A model generated the notes under the pieces. That model saw only the letters and a program-made list of their open reading frames with translations, was not told where the DNA came from and ran no database searches. Of a stretch of 64,000 nucleotides of DNA, positions 13,501-24,787 are shown piece by piece; position 1 is the stretch's first letter; the number at the start of each line of letters is the position of its first letter. This DNA is from Sminthopsis crassicaudata. Lineage: Eukaryota. The DNA lies in contig NC_133620.1 in the NCBI RefSeq assembly GCF_048593235.1, forward strand, positions 355,227,261-355,291,260, written 5' to 3'. The position numbers and the translations under genes are program-made.

Positions 13501-15785
13501 CTTCCTGCCATCAATGCAGTGAGGGGTCTCTCTGGGGAGGGATGTACAAAAGGGAGTATGGAGTGAGTTTCTCCAGGACAGATCTTCTTCCCATCCCCCC
13601 CAAAAGAATACCTCATTCATCTCTTGGAGGGTACAGATCCAGTGTCCTTTTCCTCCTTATCTGTCCATCTGCCCCTCCCCTATACCAGCAGCTCTCGGTG
13701 ATTCAGCCTTTGACTTATTTGCCAAACTTCCAGAATCAACAGAAGCCAGAGAGGGGCCTGAGAGTGCCCAGACCCTCCCTTCCATGCGGCCTGGCAGCCC
13801 TGGTAAGCTACAGGGGGCAGCTGGGGGGAAGGTGGAGATGGTGCTAATGAGAGTGCTCTAGGAAAGGAATGGGATGGGATGGGGAACAGGGCTGAGGGGC
13901 AAGGTGAGGTATAGCTGAAGGCAATGGAGCCTTGATAGGTGTATCCAGACAGCTTGAATGGGAGGTGTTAACTGTTTGCCAGCTAACAGAACCCTGGACC
14001 TGGCAATCTCTGTGCCCTACCCTAAATCCCTGTTTTCTGACACTCCCATCCCTCCCCTTCTGTGAGGCATTGTGCTGCAATAAAAGGGATCTACATTTAG
14101 TTTCAGAATCTGAATTTAAATCAACGCTCTGGCACTAAGTCTCAATTTCTTCACCTATAAAATGGGGATAATAATATTCCCTCTCAGGCAGGATTGTTAT
14201 GGAGTTCAAATGAGATAATGTATGCAAAGTTCTTTGCAAACCTCAAAGTGTTACATAAATGTTAGTTTTGATGCTGATGGGACAGCAAGATGGTGAGGTG
14301 GATAGAATATATCATATACATACATGTATCTATGTATGTACATATGTGATTGCAAAATATTTTTAAATGCAGGGGTATCTAGGTGGTGCAGCAGATAGAG
14401 CACTGGCTCCAGAATCAGGAGGACTTAAATTCAAATCTGGCTTCAGATTTGCGTGACTCTGGGCAAGTCACTTAACTGTTTGTCTCAGTTTCTTCATCTA
14501 TCAAATGAACTGGAGAACCACTCCAGTATCTTTGCTAAGAAAACCCCAAATAGGGTCACAAAGACTCATACTGAAATGACTGAATGACAGCAATGATGAT
14601 GACACAAGTTATTTAAGCTGTTTTAGCCCTAGTTTAGACTAAAGGGATAGATCTAGATGGTGTCTAAGATCTCAACCAGTCCTAAATCCATGATGCTCCA
14701 ATTCTGTCACTTCTTTCCCACTGGCATCTGAGCTCCCTCTATTTTTTTTCAGACCTAGACCTCTTTGGAGACCCTCTCCCTAGCTCCAAGCAGAATGGTA
14801 CAAAGGAGCCAGATGCTTTTGATTTGGGAGGACTTGGTGGGGCATTGACTCAGGCAGGCAAAGATGGTCGAGCCTGCCAGACCCCCGAGTCCTTCCTGGG
14901 ACCCTCAGCCTCCTCTCTGGTCAACCTTGATTCACTAGTGGTGGCCCCACAACCTCCAAAGACAAGGAATCCATTTCTTTCAGGTAGAGAGATGATACTT
15001 CCTCCTTTCTCCCTACCCTTCCCACTCGTCTGTCATCCTCTTCCCCTAGATTCATACCTTGAGATGTTGAAATCTGGGATATGTGTGGGAGAGGCAGGGA
15101 CAAGGCATGGGAGCTCCCCTGGCATTTGGCCAGTGGAGGGTGGAAGAACCTCCCAGAATGCCAACATCACAGAAGTGGGGAGTAGTTTACCTCAGGTGTG
15201 GCTGTCAAGGAAGTGGGGAAGAATTCAGCATTCTCTCAGTTTCAACACCCTGAGCATATACTCCATTCATCTTACCCTAGTTATGTCTCATGTTTTCCCT
15301 TATTCCCTTGGCAAATTAGAATTTACATTTTCATTCTGCCCATGGCTTCTATGCCAATATCTGACACCCGCCTCATTAAATCCAAGTCTTTGTCTCCAGT
15401 TTCTCCATTTCAGACCTCACTTTCCTGATCTGTTTTCTTTTCTCCAACAGGTCTCAGTGCCCCGTCTCCCACCAACCCATTCAGTTTGGGTGAGCAGGGA
15501 AAGCCAACTCTCAACCAGATGCGGACGGGGTCTCCAGGGCCCAATCTGGCCTCCTCAGTGCCTATGGGTGCTCCCGTAGGCTCCATGACCTACAGCGCCT
15601 CTCTGCCCCTTCCTCTCAGCAGCGTTCCAGCAGGAATGACCCTTCCTGCCTCTGTCAGTGTTTTCCCTCAGGCTGGCACCTTCCCTCAGATGCCTGGGAC
15701 CTTGCCTCAGCCCCTGCTCCCCATGTCTGGTTCAGCAGGACCCTTGAACCCCTCTTCTCAGCCAGGCACCAACCCTTTCCTTTGA
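942..15785 (+). CDS. EPN3: Epsin-3, complete spliced CDS (9 coding exons, 1923 nt, 640 aa)
   Basis: join(942-1512, 8715-8833, 10322-10402, 10784-10906, 12626-12713, 13114-13374, 13689-13802, 14753-14983, 15451-15785). All introns GT-AG, phases consistent. ENTH domain (MTTSALRRQVKNIVHNYSEAE), two UIMs, DPW repeats, clathrin-box-like LDLFG/LVNLD, three NPF motifs ending TNPFL*. Confidence 0.97.
3400..4800. mobile_element. Decayed L2-like LINE, interrupted by a SINE and a short L1 3' end
   Basis: Typical L2 text (aagcatttatt...gtgccag, gagatgcctctgggac, ttcaggagagagac, acagtgtcaaatg); recognised by eye. Confidence 0.55.
4159..4299 (+). mobile_element. tRNA-derived marsupial SINE (WSINE1-like)
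   Basis: A/B boxes (tggcatagtgg, gagttcaaatc), tail cttaaccccaattgc + oligo-A, flanking AAAAGTT(A/T)A duplication at 4150-4158 and 4300-4308. Confidence 0.8.
4812..4955 (+). mobile_element. MAR1-like marsupial CORE-SINE, 3' part
   Basis: ctggagaaggaaatgg...tttgccaagaaaaccc tail. Confidence 0.7.
5550..6865 (+). mobile_element. Fossil Dong/R4-clade non-LTR retrotransposon ORF (thumb, zinc-knuckle region, RLE endonuclease C-terminus)
   Basis: Frameshifted translations EYVKKFTGILKSKL/NGKNIFEEINNYTVSVL, LTDILRVHDKLVRNLQKHF, EKWLSQASLLLEMKGFM*MIQDQIITSKTYRK...EQCRLY, YLERYSQEARITH*KL, LAEEINTM*EQDK, IQL*KAVTL occur in the expected order. Confidence 0.8.
7700..8130 (+). mobile_element. Second Dong/R4 fragment (RLE endonuclease domain)
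   Basis: NKLY*..IFIDQ, RNQDLALIHK (NRPD-like), DLAEE, KAVTLSTCPIICRTLN; 7910-8128 is a direct repeat of 6652-6864. Confidence 0.75.
8260..8430 (-). mobile_element. MAR1-like SINE
   Basis: Reverse MAR1 tail (ttggcaaagatgctggagtggcttgccatttccttctccag) and core. Confidence 0.75.
8715..8833 (+). CDS. EPN3: EPN3 coding exon 2 (UIM1)
   Basis: ccag|CC...AAG|gtaatg; SSSSPRFTSDLEQARPQTTGEEELQLQLALAMSREEAEK. Confidence 0.96.
9855..10100. repeat. Degenerate pyrimidine-rich minisatellite (about 40-bp unit)
   Basis: Recurrent cccatatctcactctgccc...atctcccac..ttcctcct units. Confidence 0.7.
10322..10402 (+). CDS. EPN3: EPN3 coding exon 3 (UIM2)
   Basis: aacag|CCG...AAG|gtagtg; PVPPASHRDEDLQLQLALRLSQQEHEK. 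Confidence 0.95.
10784..10906 (+). CDS. EPN3: EPN3 coding exon 4
   Basis: tgcag|GAG...CAG|gtttgt; EVRSWRGDDSP...EEEKLKTSQ. Confidence 0.93.
12626..12713 (+). CDS. EPN3: EPN3 coding exon 5
   Basis: tgtag|TCT...G|gtgggg; SSILDLADIFGPGPAPPSTHSSADPWDIP. Confidence 0.95.
13114..13374 (+). CDS. EPN3: EPN3 coding exon 6 (DPW repeats)
   Basis: tttag|GT...A|gtaagt; GLRSTVEPAGSSWGPSADPWS...TDPWGASLDTPNTP. Confidence 0.94.
13689..13802 (+). CDS. EPN3: EPN3 coding exon 7 (tandem CAGCAG acceptor; alternative start 13692)
   Basis: ccag|cag|ct...G|gtaagc; ALGDSAFDLFAKLPESTEAREGPESAQTLPSMRPGSP. Confidence 0.9.
14372..14590 (+). mobile_element. MAR1-like SINE, near full length
   Basis: tRNA head (ctaggtggtgcagcagatagagcac...ttcaaatc), core, and tttgctaagaaaaccccaaatagggtcac tail. 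Confidence 0.75.
14753..14983 (+). CDS. EPN3: EPN3 coding exon 8
   Basis: tttcag|AC...G|gtagag; LDLFGDPLPSSKQNGTKEPDAF...TPESFLGPSASSLVNLDSLV...RNPFLS. Confidence 0.96.
15451..15785 (+). CDS. EPN3: EPN3 last coding exon
   Basis: caacag|GT...TGA; LSAPSPTNPF...GTNPFL*. Confidence 0.96.
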
Positions 15786-16248
15786 ACTCTGTCCTCTTCT
15801 CAGCTCTGACTTCTGTCACCTTCTTCCCACCTTCCTGAAAACAATTTCCATGTCTCTTCCTATTGCTTTTCTGCCTCTGTGCCCCGGTCAGCCGCTGGCA
15901 GCTGACCAGAACTTTCCCTGCCCCTGCTTAAGGGGCTGGGGTAGTGGATAGGGGCACTGTCCCCACCCCACTTAGGTCAGTATGAATGTTGCCTGGATGC
16001 TTTGTTCCCTGTCCCATCTCAGGAGTGGGAGAGGGTCTTGGGGAGCTCAGGGAAAGGACATCCTAGGAGCCAGAATCCTCTAGGTTTTGTTTGGGCTGGA
16101 GGAATGGCTTTCCAGGCTCTAGCTATCCCTTGAAGGGGCTCACATATGTTATGTGTGAAGGGCTCCAAGATACCACAAGTACTGTAGTGCATAGCACAGA
16201 AGAAACCTGGTGACCAGAAGCCTTTTGGAGCCATGGCAATGGTCCCAG

Positions 16249-16254
16249 AATAAA
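16249..16254 (+). terminator. Candidate EPN3 poly(A) signal (a second AATAAA at 17539-17544 lies in a duplicated copy)
   Basis: First AATAAA I found after the stop codon, about 460 nt downstream; no transcript evidence. Confidence 0.55.
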
Positions 16255-17039
16255 TACATGAATTAGCACGATAGAACCAAGTTGTGCTTGTGGCCTTCCT
16301 ATGGTGGTGAGCGGGTCTATGGTGAATGTCTCTCCATGAAAAGGAGAAGGGAGTGGGCAACAGGGGTGGGCATTCCTTCCGGAGTTCCTTTTTGGCATCC
16401 ATCTCCCAAAGTCCTTTGAGGTGGGAAGGGGAGGAGGATGGAATCTAAAAAGTAGAGATCAGCTCTTGGGTTTGCATAAACTGGGCGTGTCCCTCTCAGA
16501 AAGCTTTCTCTTGGTTGGATCTCCATTTGTCCAGGGCCTGAACTTCACTCTCTGATTCATAGAGATTCTTAGAATTAAAAGAAACTTCAGCTTATTAGAG
16601 AGAAAAACTTTGGGAGAAGGATAAGGTAGAGACAGTACAAGAAAAGTAGAAGACATTTCCCCACTTTCCAAGTAACTTGTAGAACTACTGGGAACATAAG
16701 GTATGGAAGCCTCCAAATTTGAAGTGTTCCATGGATTCATTATATGAAGATTCTCCTCATCAGAGCAGATAGAAACTTTTCTCTTGGGTGACTCTGGTCT
16801 CCATTCTTCCATAAATCCTCTCTTTATCTGCTCAGTATGCTGGAAGATTACCTCTAACTCTTTTAATATCTTTCATAGCTAACTATGCAGCTACATTATT
16901 CATTCAATAAGTATTTATTAAGTGATTGCTCTGGGCCAGGCAGGCACTCTGCTAGTTGCTGGGAATAATACAAAGAAAAAAAACCTTCCTGTTCTCAAGG
17001 AGTTTTCACCATATGGTGAGGGGAAGGGAAATGGGGAGA

Positions 17040-17720
17040 AGATAAGAACTTATAAGAAATATATGTATATAAACATATATATGTAATTTTGAGAGAGGAA
17101 CAACATATACAGAAATAACTAATTACAATATAGGTATATGTATTTGGGGCAACAAAAATTTTTTACAGATAAGTACTTAGTTATTTGCACATACATATAC
17201 TATGTAATTGGGGAGAACAATGTACACATAAATTACAAAATATCTCTATAAATATAGAGATAAGTGTAATTTGAGATGGGGGAACAAAGGACATAGATAA
17301 GTAACTACTATATATATGTATGTATATATGCATATACATGCATAATTTTAGGGAACAAAGTATACACAGATTAATTACTATATTTGTATATTTAAATACA
17401 CAGTAATTCAGAAAGATAACAAAGTATCCAGTAATTATAATGTATTTGTGAAGAGCTCCAAGATACCACCACCATAGTGCATAGCACAGAAGAAGCCTGG
17501 TGACCAGAAGCCTTTTGAAGCTATGGCAATAGTCCCAAAATAAATTCATGAATTAGCATGTATTTAGATAAGTAATTGTAATATGTCTATATATACATAT
17601 ATTTGTAATTTAGCAAGAAATAAGTAAATATATTGATATATGTATAATTTGATACATAACAAAGTAGTCAGATAATAACATACCAATGTCCATAGATATA
17701 CACATGTATGTATGTCTGCA
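17040..17720. repeat. AT-rich degenerate tandem array (about 60-bp unit)
   Basis: Recurrent ta(t)gtaattt..ggg(a)acaaa..acagataa..taa blocks. Confidence 0.55.
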
Positions 17721-18589
17721 TTCTTAAGAGGAGAGGAATTAAGGATTGACTTTTCATAGAAGGTAGCATAAGCTGGGCCTTGAAGGGGGTGAAGGATTCT
17801 AAGAGAGGAAGATGACAAGGGAGAGCATCCCAAGTATGAGATCCAGTTTGCCCAAAGGCATGGAGGTAGATGGAATTTTATGTGTGAAAAATAATAGCAA
17901 GTCTATGAGATTTAAGGTGGTTTCTTAAGTTACTTCCTTCCTCAGTCTGATATTTTGTGTGGTACTTTTGTGTGGTCATTGGACACCCATCACAGCCTAG
18001 TTATGCTTAATGTCAGACTTTTTACACTCCTTTGATCCACCCACAGTCTGGATTCTTCAGTCTTACGGCCATAGTCTGAGCTTCTCAGCCACACGAGATC
18101 ACTAGAAATGTTTCTTCATAGCATTGAACCCACCTGGGATAATTTGCATTGTGTGATTTCCACATATACTCCAACCACCCTCTTATTCAAATCTTGGCCA
18201 GTCTGCCATCCGGTGCAGAATTATCCAAGGTATGTGTCATGATGAACTAATTCGATGGGTGTCATGATGAATAAACTCAATGATCTCTCCATCTAGCAGC
18301 ATGGAGCTTGCATCTGTTAACCGAAAAAGCTAGCAAAGTACCAAATGGTAAATGCTTTAGGAGTTCCAGAACTGGAAAGTCAAAAGTCATCTCATCCAAC
18401 ATGAATGGGGATTTGAACTCAGGCTTTCTGGCTCCAGAGCCAGGACACCAAGGGCAGCAAAAAAATGCAAGTTTTCATGAAAGAAACCTGAGCTTAGCCT
18501 TGAAAGGCAGGGAGGCTAGTCAAAGACTACCACTAAAGACTTAAAAGCAGGTTTGTAGAGTGTCCCAGAGATCTTTCTGGCCCCATGCC

Positions 18590-19016
18590 TTTTTATCACA
18601 GATTTGGAAGGATGCCTAGAAAGCATGTTTGTAGAAAGCATGAAATTTGTAGATAATACAAAACTTGGAGTGATAACTGTCATGTGGAAAAAGGATACAA
18701 AGAGAAGGTGACATTAAAATGATAAACTCTATCTAAATGAGATTTAATATATATCTATAGAATTACAACTGTCATATCATTATAGTAGTTGATAGTGTTT
18801 TAAAGTTTGCAGAGGCTTCAACAGAGGTAATCAGGCCCAAATCCACTGCACTGGGACACTTCAATACTGCTGGACATGTGGTCTATTCTCACAGATGGGG
18901 AAACTGAGGCTCAGATAAATTAAATCATTTGCTCATTGTTACAAAGCTCACCCGTACCAAACTCCTAGGATCCTACTTTAACCACTATTCCATGATGAGA
19001 TGAATTTCAAGTCTTA

Positions 19017-19063
<47 letters not shown>

Positions 19064-19860
19064 TAAATGAACTTAAATGATGATGGTGTTGAAGTTAAAC
19101 ATCTGAAAAAAGATGTGGAGCTTTTGTAATAAAATGAGAATTTGGTTTCAGTGAAATCTGAAAAAACTTGTATGAACTGGGTAAGAGGGAAAACATTTTA
19201 TATAATTACATCAAAACTCTAAAAACAGACAACTTTAAAAGACTTTAAAAGTCCCAAAAGTGATCAATCACATGACTGCAGAGGACTGATGATAAAATCT
19301 CCTTGACAGAGAAATGATACCTCACTCAGAATGCAAAATAAGATATATATATATATGTATGTATGTATTTAATAGCCATGGGAATTTATTACAAAGGTTT
19401 TGTTTTTCCCCATTCGATGGGAGGATATTGGCGGGAAAATCAGTTTTTGTTAATTAAAAAAAACAAATTTAATTTTAAAAAATTTGGGGTCTTTACTAGC
19501 AGGCAAGTTCACAGTATGATATGAGAATAAAAAAAAAAAGCAATGCCATCTTAAGCTATATTGTGAGGAATCATGTGCAGGATTAGGAAGGTGCTATCAC
19601 CCATTCTACTTTGCCCTTTCTAAGGATTATATGTTCAATTTTGGGTCACATTCTACTTTGCCTTAGTCATACCACATCTAAGTACCAAGTTCACTGTTTG
19701 GGGTATCATATTTTACGAAGGATTTTGACTGGTTGGAGAATACTGTTTTGAGAATGTGAAGATTGGTAGAAAGATCTGGGATTCTTTAGTTCAGAGAGAA
19801 AAGTCTTAGAGGAACCATCTCAATTGTCTTCAAGTAGTTGAAGAGCTAGTCTCTGGAAAA
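18590..19860 (+). mobile_element. Decayed CR1/L3 LINE RT region, interrupted by MIR, (TG)n and another repeat
   Basis: aaatttgtagataatacaaaacttgga (KFADDTKLG-like) and gcaatgccatcttaag...ctttgccttagtcataccacatcta (ANAIL...ALVRPHL-like). Confidence 0.65.
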
Positions 19861-20530
19861 GAAACAGAGTATTTCTCTTTTTTCTCATCTCCAATGAGAA
19901 AGCAAGAAATTCAATATAGGTTATGCATGTATAGTCATGTAAAATATTTCTATAAAAATTATGTTGTAAAAGAAAACATAGAACAAAAAAAAATCCTCAA
20001 GAAAAATATTGGAAGTTAAAAAAGTATATTTCAATCTATTTGGACACCATCAGTTCTTTCTCTGGGGATGGATAGCATTTTTTTATCATATTTCCTTTTT
20101 TTTTCATATTTCCTTCAGAATTGTCTTGGATCATTATATTTCTGAGAATAGTTAAATTCTTCACAGCTGATCATCTTAACAATATTACTGTTTCTTTGTA
20201 TACATTGCATTTAACTTTGTAGCAGTTCATGTAAGTCTTTCCAGGTTTTTCTAAGAGTATCCTGTTCATTATTTCTTATAGAACAATAGTATTGCATCAC
20301 TGTAATTTTACATCTTTTTCAGCCATTCCCCAATTGATGGCATCCTCTCAATTTCCAATTATTTGTCCTCAGAAGTGAGTTGCTATGAATATTTTGCACA
20401 TATAGGTCTTTTTACTTTTTATCTCTTTTGAAATACAGACCTTGTAGTAGTATCACTAAGTCAAAGGATATGCATGGGTTTATAATCTTTGGGGCATAAT
20501 TCCAATATGCTATAAAGAATGGCTGAATCA

Positions 20531-21051
20531 CCCACATGTGCAAAGATATTTGTGGCAGCCCTTTTTGTAGTTACAAGAAACTGGAAACTTAGTGGACGCC
20601 CATCAGTTGGGGAATGGCTGAATAAGTTATGGTGTGAATGTTATGGAATATTATTGTTCTGTAAGACAACCAGCAGAATAATTTCAAAGAGGCCTGGAGA
20701 AACCTACATGAATTGATGTTGAGTGAAATGAGCAGAACTAGAAGATCATTGTACATAACAACAAGATTATATGATGATCAATTTTGATGGATGTGACTCT
20801 TTTCAACAGTGAGAGGATTCAGGCCAGTTCCAATGATCTTGTGATGATGACAGCCATTTACACCCAGAGAGACGACTGTGGGAACTGAGGGTGGATCACA
20901 ACATAGCATTTTGACTCTTTTTGTTGTGGTTTGCTTGAATTTTATTTTCTTTTTCATTTTTTTTTTACTTTTTGGTAAAAGTTTTTTAGGGTCAATGTTG
21001 AAAAATTATCCTTGCATTTTTTTTGAAAATAAAAAACTTCAATAAAAAAAA
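20531..21051 (+). mobile_element. 5'-truncated L1 insertion
   Basis: Poly-A end and 17-bp TSD AAAGAATGGCTGAATCA (20514-20530 / 21052-21068). Confidence 0.9.
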
Positions 21052-21937
21052 AAAGAATGGCTGAATCAGTTCACCACTTCTCAGACAAGGCAATAATGTC
21101 TTATTTTCCTTGCATCCCCTCCAATATTCATCATTTTCCTTTTCTGTCCTATTAGCCAGTTTGATCTGAGGTAGTACTTCAAGATTGTTCCAATTTTCAT
21201 TTCTCCAATCAATAGTGAGTTAGAATCATTTTTTGTTTGTTTGTTTGTTTTGTTTTGTTTTCAGAAAGCTATAGATAGCTTTGATTACTTCATCTGAAAA
21301 GTCTTCATATCTTTTGATCATTTCTCAATTGGGGAATGGCTCTTATTTTTTTTATAAATTTGACTCAGTTCTCTATATGTTTGAAAAATGAGATCTTTAT
21401 CAGAGAAACTTGCTTAAAATTTTTTCACAGTTTTGCTAACTGTATTTCCCTCTATTTCCCCTCCCCCTTTTCTTTCTCCTTTTACGCCTCTCCTCAAAAA
21501 TATTTTGCTTCTATCTCCTCCTCCAATCTGTTGTCTCTTTTATTATCTCATTATCTCCCCATTCTCTTAACCCTTTTACTTCCCACTTTCCTATAGGGTA
21601 TTGAGTATGTATGTTATTCCTTCTTTGAGCCAATTCTGATGAGAACAAGATTTACTTATCTCTCTCCCTTTCCCTTTCTCCCAATATCTTGCTCTCTCAC
21701 AACTTAATTTTATTTTTAAAGATACCATCCTTTTATATTCAACTCATATCTGTGCCCTCTATCAATATATCCTTCTAACTGCTCTAATAATGAGAGAGTT
21801 TTTATAAGTTACAAGTATCATTTTCCCATTAGGAATGCAAACAGTTTGAACTTCTTAAATACCTTATGATTTTCCTTTCCTGTCTATCTTTTTATGTTTC
21901 TCTAGAGTTTTATATTCAAAGTCAAAATTTCTTTTTT

Positions 21938-24169
21938 CAAATTTTTTTTGCACTTTTAGGTTATACATGTACATTTATTTTTTACATATTTCCATATGAG
22001 TCACACTGATAGTGAAAAATCAGAACAAAAAAGAAAAACCATGAGAAAAAAGCAAAAGTAAAAAAAAAAATTAGTGAAATAGTATGCTTTGATCTAGTGT
22101 TTGACAAACCCAAAGACCCCAGCTTTTGGGATAAAAACTGCTGGGAAACTTGGAAACTAGTATAGAAGAAACTAGGCATTTACCTATACCTAACACCGTA
22201 TATCAAGATAAGGTTGAAATGGGTTCATAACCTAGACATAAAGAATGATATTATAAGCAAATTAGAAGACTATAGGATAGTTTAACCTCTCAGACCTGTG
22301 GAGGAAGAAAGAATTTGTGACCAAGAACTGGAGATCATTAGTGATCACAAAATAGATAATTTTGATTATATTAAATTTAAAAGTTTTTGTGCAAACAAAA
22401 CTAATGCAGACAAGATTAGAAGGGAAGCAATAAATTGGGAAAACATTTTTACATTCAAACATTATGATAAAGGCCTCATTTCTAAAATATATAGAGAATT
22501 GACTCAAAAAATTCAAGCCATTTTCCAAATGATAAATGAACAAAGAATATGAACAGACAATTTTCAGATGAAGAAATTGAAACTATTTCTAGCCATATGA
22601 AAAGGTTCTCTAAATCACTATTGATCAGAGAAATGCAAATTAAGACAATTTTGATATACCACTACACACCTCTCAGATTGGCTAAGATGACAGGAAAAGA
22701 TAATGACGAATGTTGGAGGGGATATGGGAAAACTGGTGAATAGTGGAACTGTGAATGGATCTAACCATTCTGAAGAGCAATTTGGAACTATGCTCAAAAA
22801 GTTATTAAACTGTGCATACCCTTTGATCCAGCAGTGTTTCTGCTGGGCTTATATCCAAAGACATCTTAAAAGAGGGAAAGGGGCCCACATGTGCAGAAAT
22901 GTTTGTGGCAGCCCTTTTTGTAGTGGCAAGAAACTGGAAACTGAGTGGATGCTCATCAGTTGGAGAAGACTGAATAAGTTATGGTATATGAATGTAATGG
23001 AATATTATTAGTCTATAAGAAATGATCAGCAGGATGATTTCAGAGAGGTCTGGAGAGACTTACATGGACTGATGCTGAGTGAAGTGAGCAGAACCAGGAG
23101 ATCATTATACATGGGAACAAGAAGATTGTACAAATGATCAATTCTGATGGGTGTGGCTTTCTTCAACATTGGGATGATTCAGTCCGGTTCCAATTGTTCA
23201 GTGATTAAAAGAGCCATCTATGTCCAGAGAGAGGACTGTGGGAACTAAGTGTGGTTTACAAAGAATTTTCACTTTTTTGTTGTTTGCTTGCATTTTTAGC
23301 CTTTTTTTTTCATTGTGTGACAGGATAATTGTATAAATATGTATACATATATTGGATTTAACATGTATTTCTACCATGTTTAATATATATTGGACTATTT
23401 TCACCTAGGGGAGGGCATGGGAGAAGGGGGAGAAAATTGAATACAGTGTTTTGAAAGGGCTAATGTTGAAAAATTGTCCACACATATGTTTTGAAAAATA
23501 AAAAGCTTTAATTAAAAAAATAGTATGCTCTGATCTGTTTACAGTCTTTATAGCCCTGGATGGCATTTTCTATTCAAAGTTTATTAGGGTTGTCTCAGAT
23601 TATTTAATTTCTGAGAAGAGCCAAGTCTACCATAGTTGATCCTCACACAATCTCGTTGTTACTGTCTACAATGTTTTCCTGGTTCTCCTGGCTTCATTCA
23701 GCATCAGTTCACATAAATCTTTTCTAAAATCATCCTGTTCATTTTTTAATAGAGCAGTAATATTCCATTACTTTTCATATACCATAACTTATCAGCTATT
23801 CCCCATTTGATGGGCATATACTAATTTTCCACTTCTTTGCCACCATAAAAAGAGCTGCTACAAACATTTTTGCATACATGGGTCATTTCCCCTCTTTTGA
23901 TTTCTTTGGGATAAGACCCAGTAGTGGTACTGCTAGATCAAAAAGGATGCACAGTTTCATAGTCCTTTGGGCATAGTTCCAAATTGCTCTCTAGAATGTT
24001 TGGATCAGTTTACACCTCCATCAACAATACATTAGTATCTGTTTTCCCGCATCTTCTCCAACATTTATTATCTTTTCTTATCATCTTAGTCAATTTTATA
24101 GATATAAGGTGGTACACCAGAGTTGTTTTAATTTCTATTTTTCTAATCAATAATGATTTAAAGCATTTT
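21938..24169 (-). mobile_element. L1 3' fragment inserted in the host ORF1
   Basis: T-rich end near 21933-21949, reverse L1 3'UTR and ORF2 end; host ORF1 motif tcaaa(a/t)tttct(t/a)tt is present on both sides. Confidence 0.7.
22096..23517 (+). mobile_element. 5'-truncated L1 (ORF2 C-terminus and 3'UTR) nested in the preceding L1
   Basis: 19-bp TSD AAATAGTATGCT(T/C)TGATCT (22077-22095 / 23518-23536); ORF2 peptides DYIKFKSFCANKTN, EMQIKT..YHYTPLRLAKM. Confidence 0.9.
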
Positions 24170-24652
24170 GAACATCAAATTTTCTATTTAGCTCTGGTCT
24201 TTTCATCAAAAATTCTTTAAAGTCCTTTATTTCATTGAATTTCCATTTCATCCCCAAAGAATTATACTCAATTTTGCTAGGTAGGTGATTCTTGGTTGTA
24301 AATTCTACCTTCTTTGCCCTCCAGAAAATCATATTTCAAGCTTTCCTGTTATTTAACAGGAATGCTGTTAAATATTCTGTTATCCTAACTGTGGCTCTAT
24401 GATGCCTGAATTGTTTCTTTCTGGCCATTTGCAATATTCTGTCCTTGACATAGAAGCTCTGGAATTTGGCTAGGATATTCCTGGGAGATTTCATTTTGGG
24501 TTCTCTGTCAGAAAGGTAATTGGTGGGTTCTTTCACTTTCTATTTTACTCTCTAATTCTAGAATACCAGGGAAATTTTTCTTGACAATTTTTGGAAAGAT
24601 AATGTTTAATCTCTTTTTAAAACCATGGCTTTCAGGTAACCCAGTAATTTTC

Positions 24653-24787
24653 TTTTTTTATTATAGTTTTTTTTTATTTACAAAATATATGCATGGATAA
24701 CTTTTCAGTATTGACAATTGCAAAACCTTTTGTTCCAATTTTTCCCCTCTTTCCCCTCACCCCTCCTCAAGATGGCAGGTAAAAACG
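24653..24787 (-). mobile_element. Short L1 3' end insertion
   Basis: Poly-T and 11-bp TSD CAGTAATTTTC (24642-24652 / 24788-24798). Confidence 0.85.

Noticed and set aside
14824-15579. 251-aa ORF
   Set aside because: Exon 8 reading through the intron; the spliced model matches epsin-3.
24140-24200. Apparent ORF1-ORF2 fusion junction (FDVQNALNHY)
   Set aside because: It is the 5' edge of an inserted L1 fragment; host ORF1 resumes near 21935.
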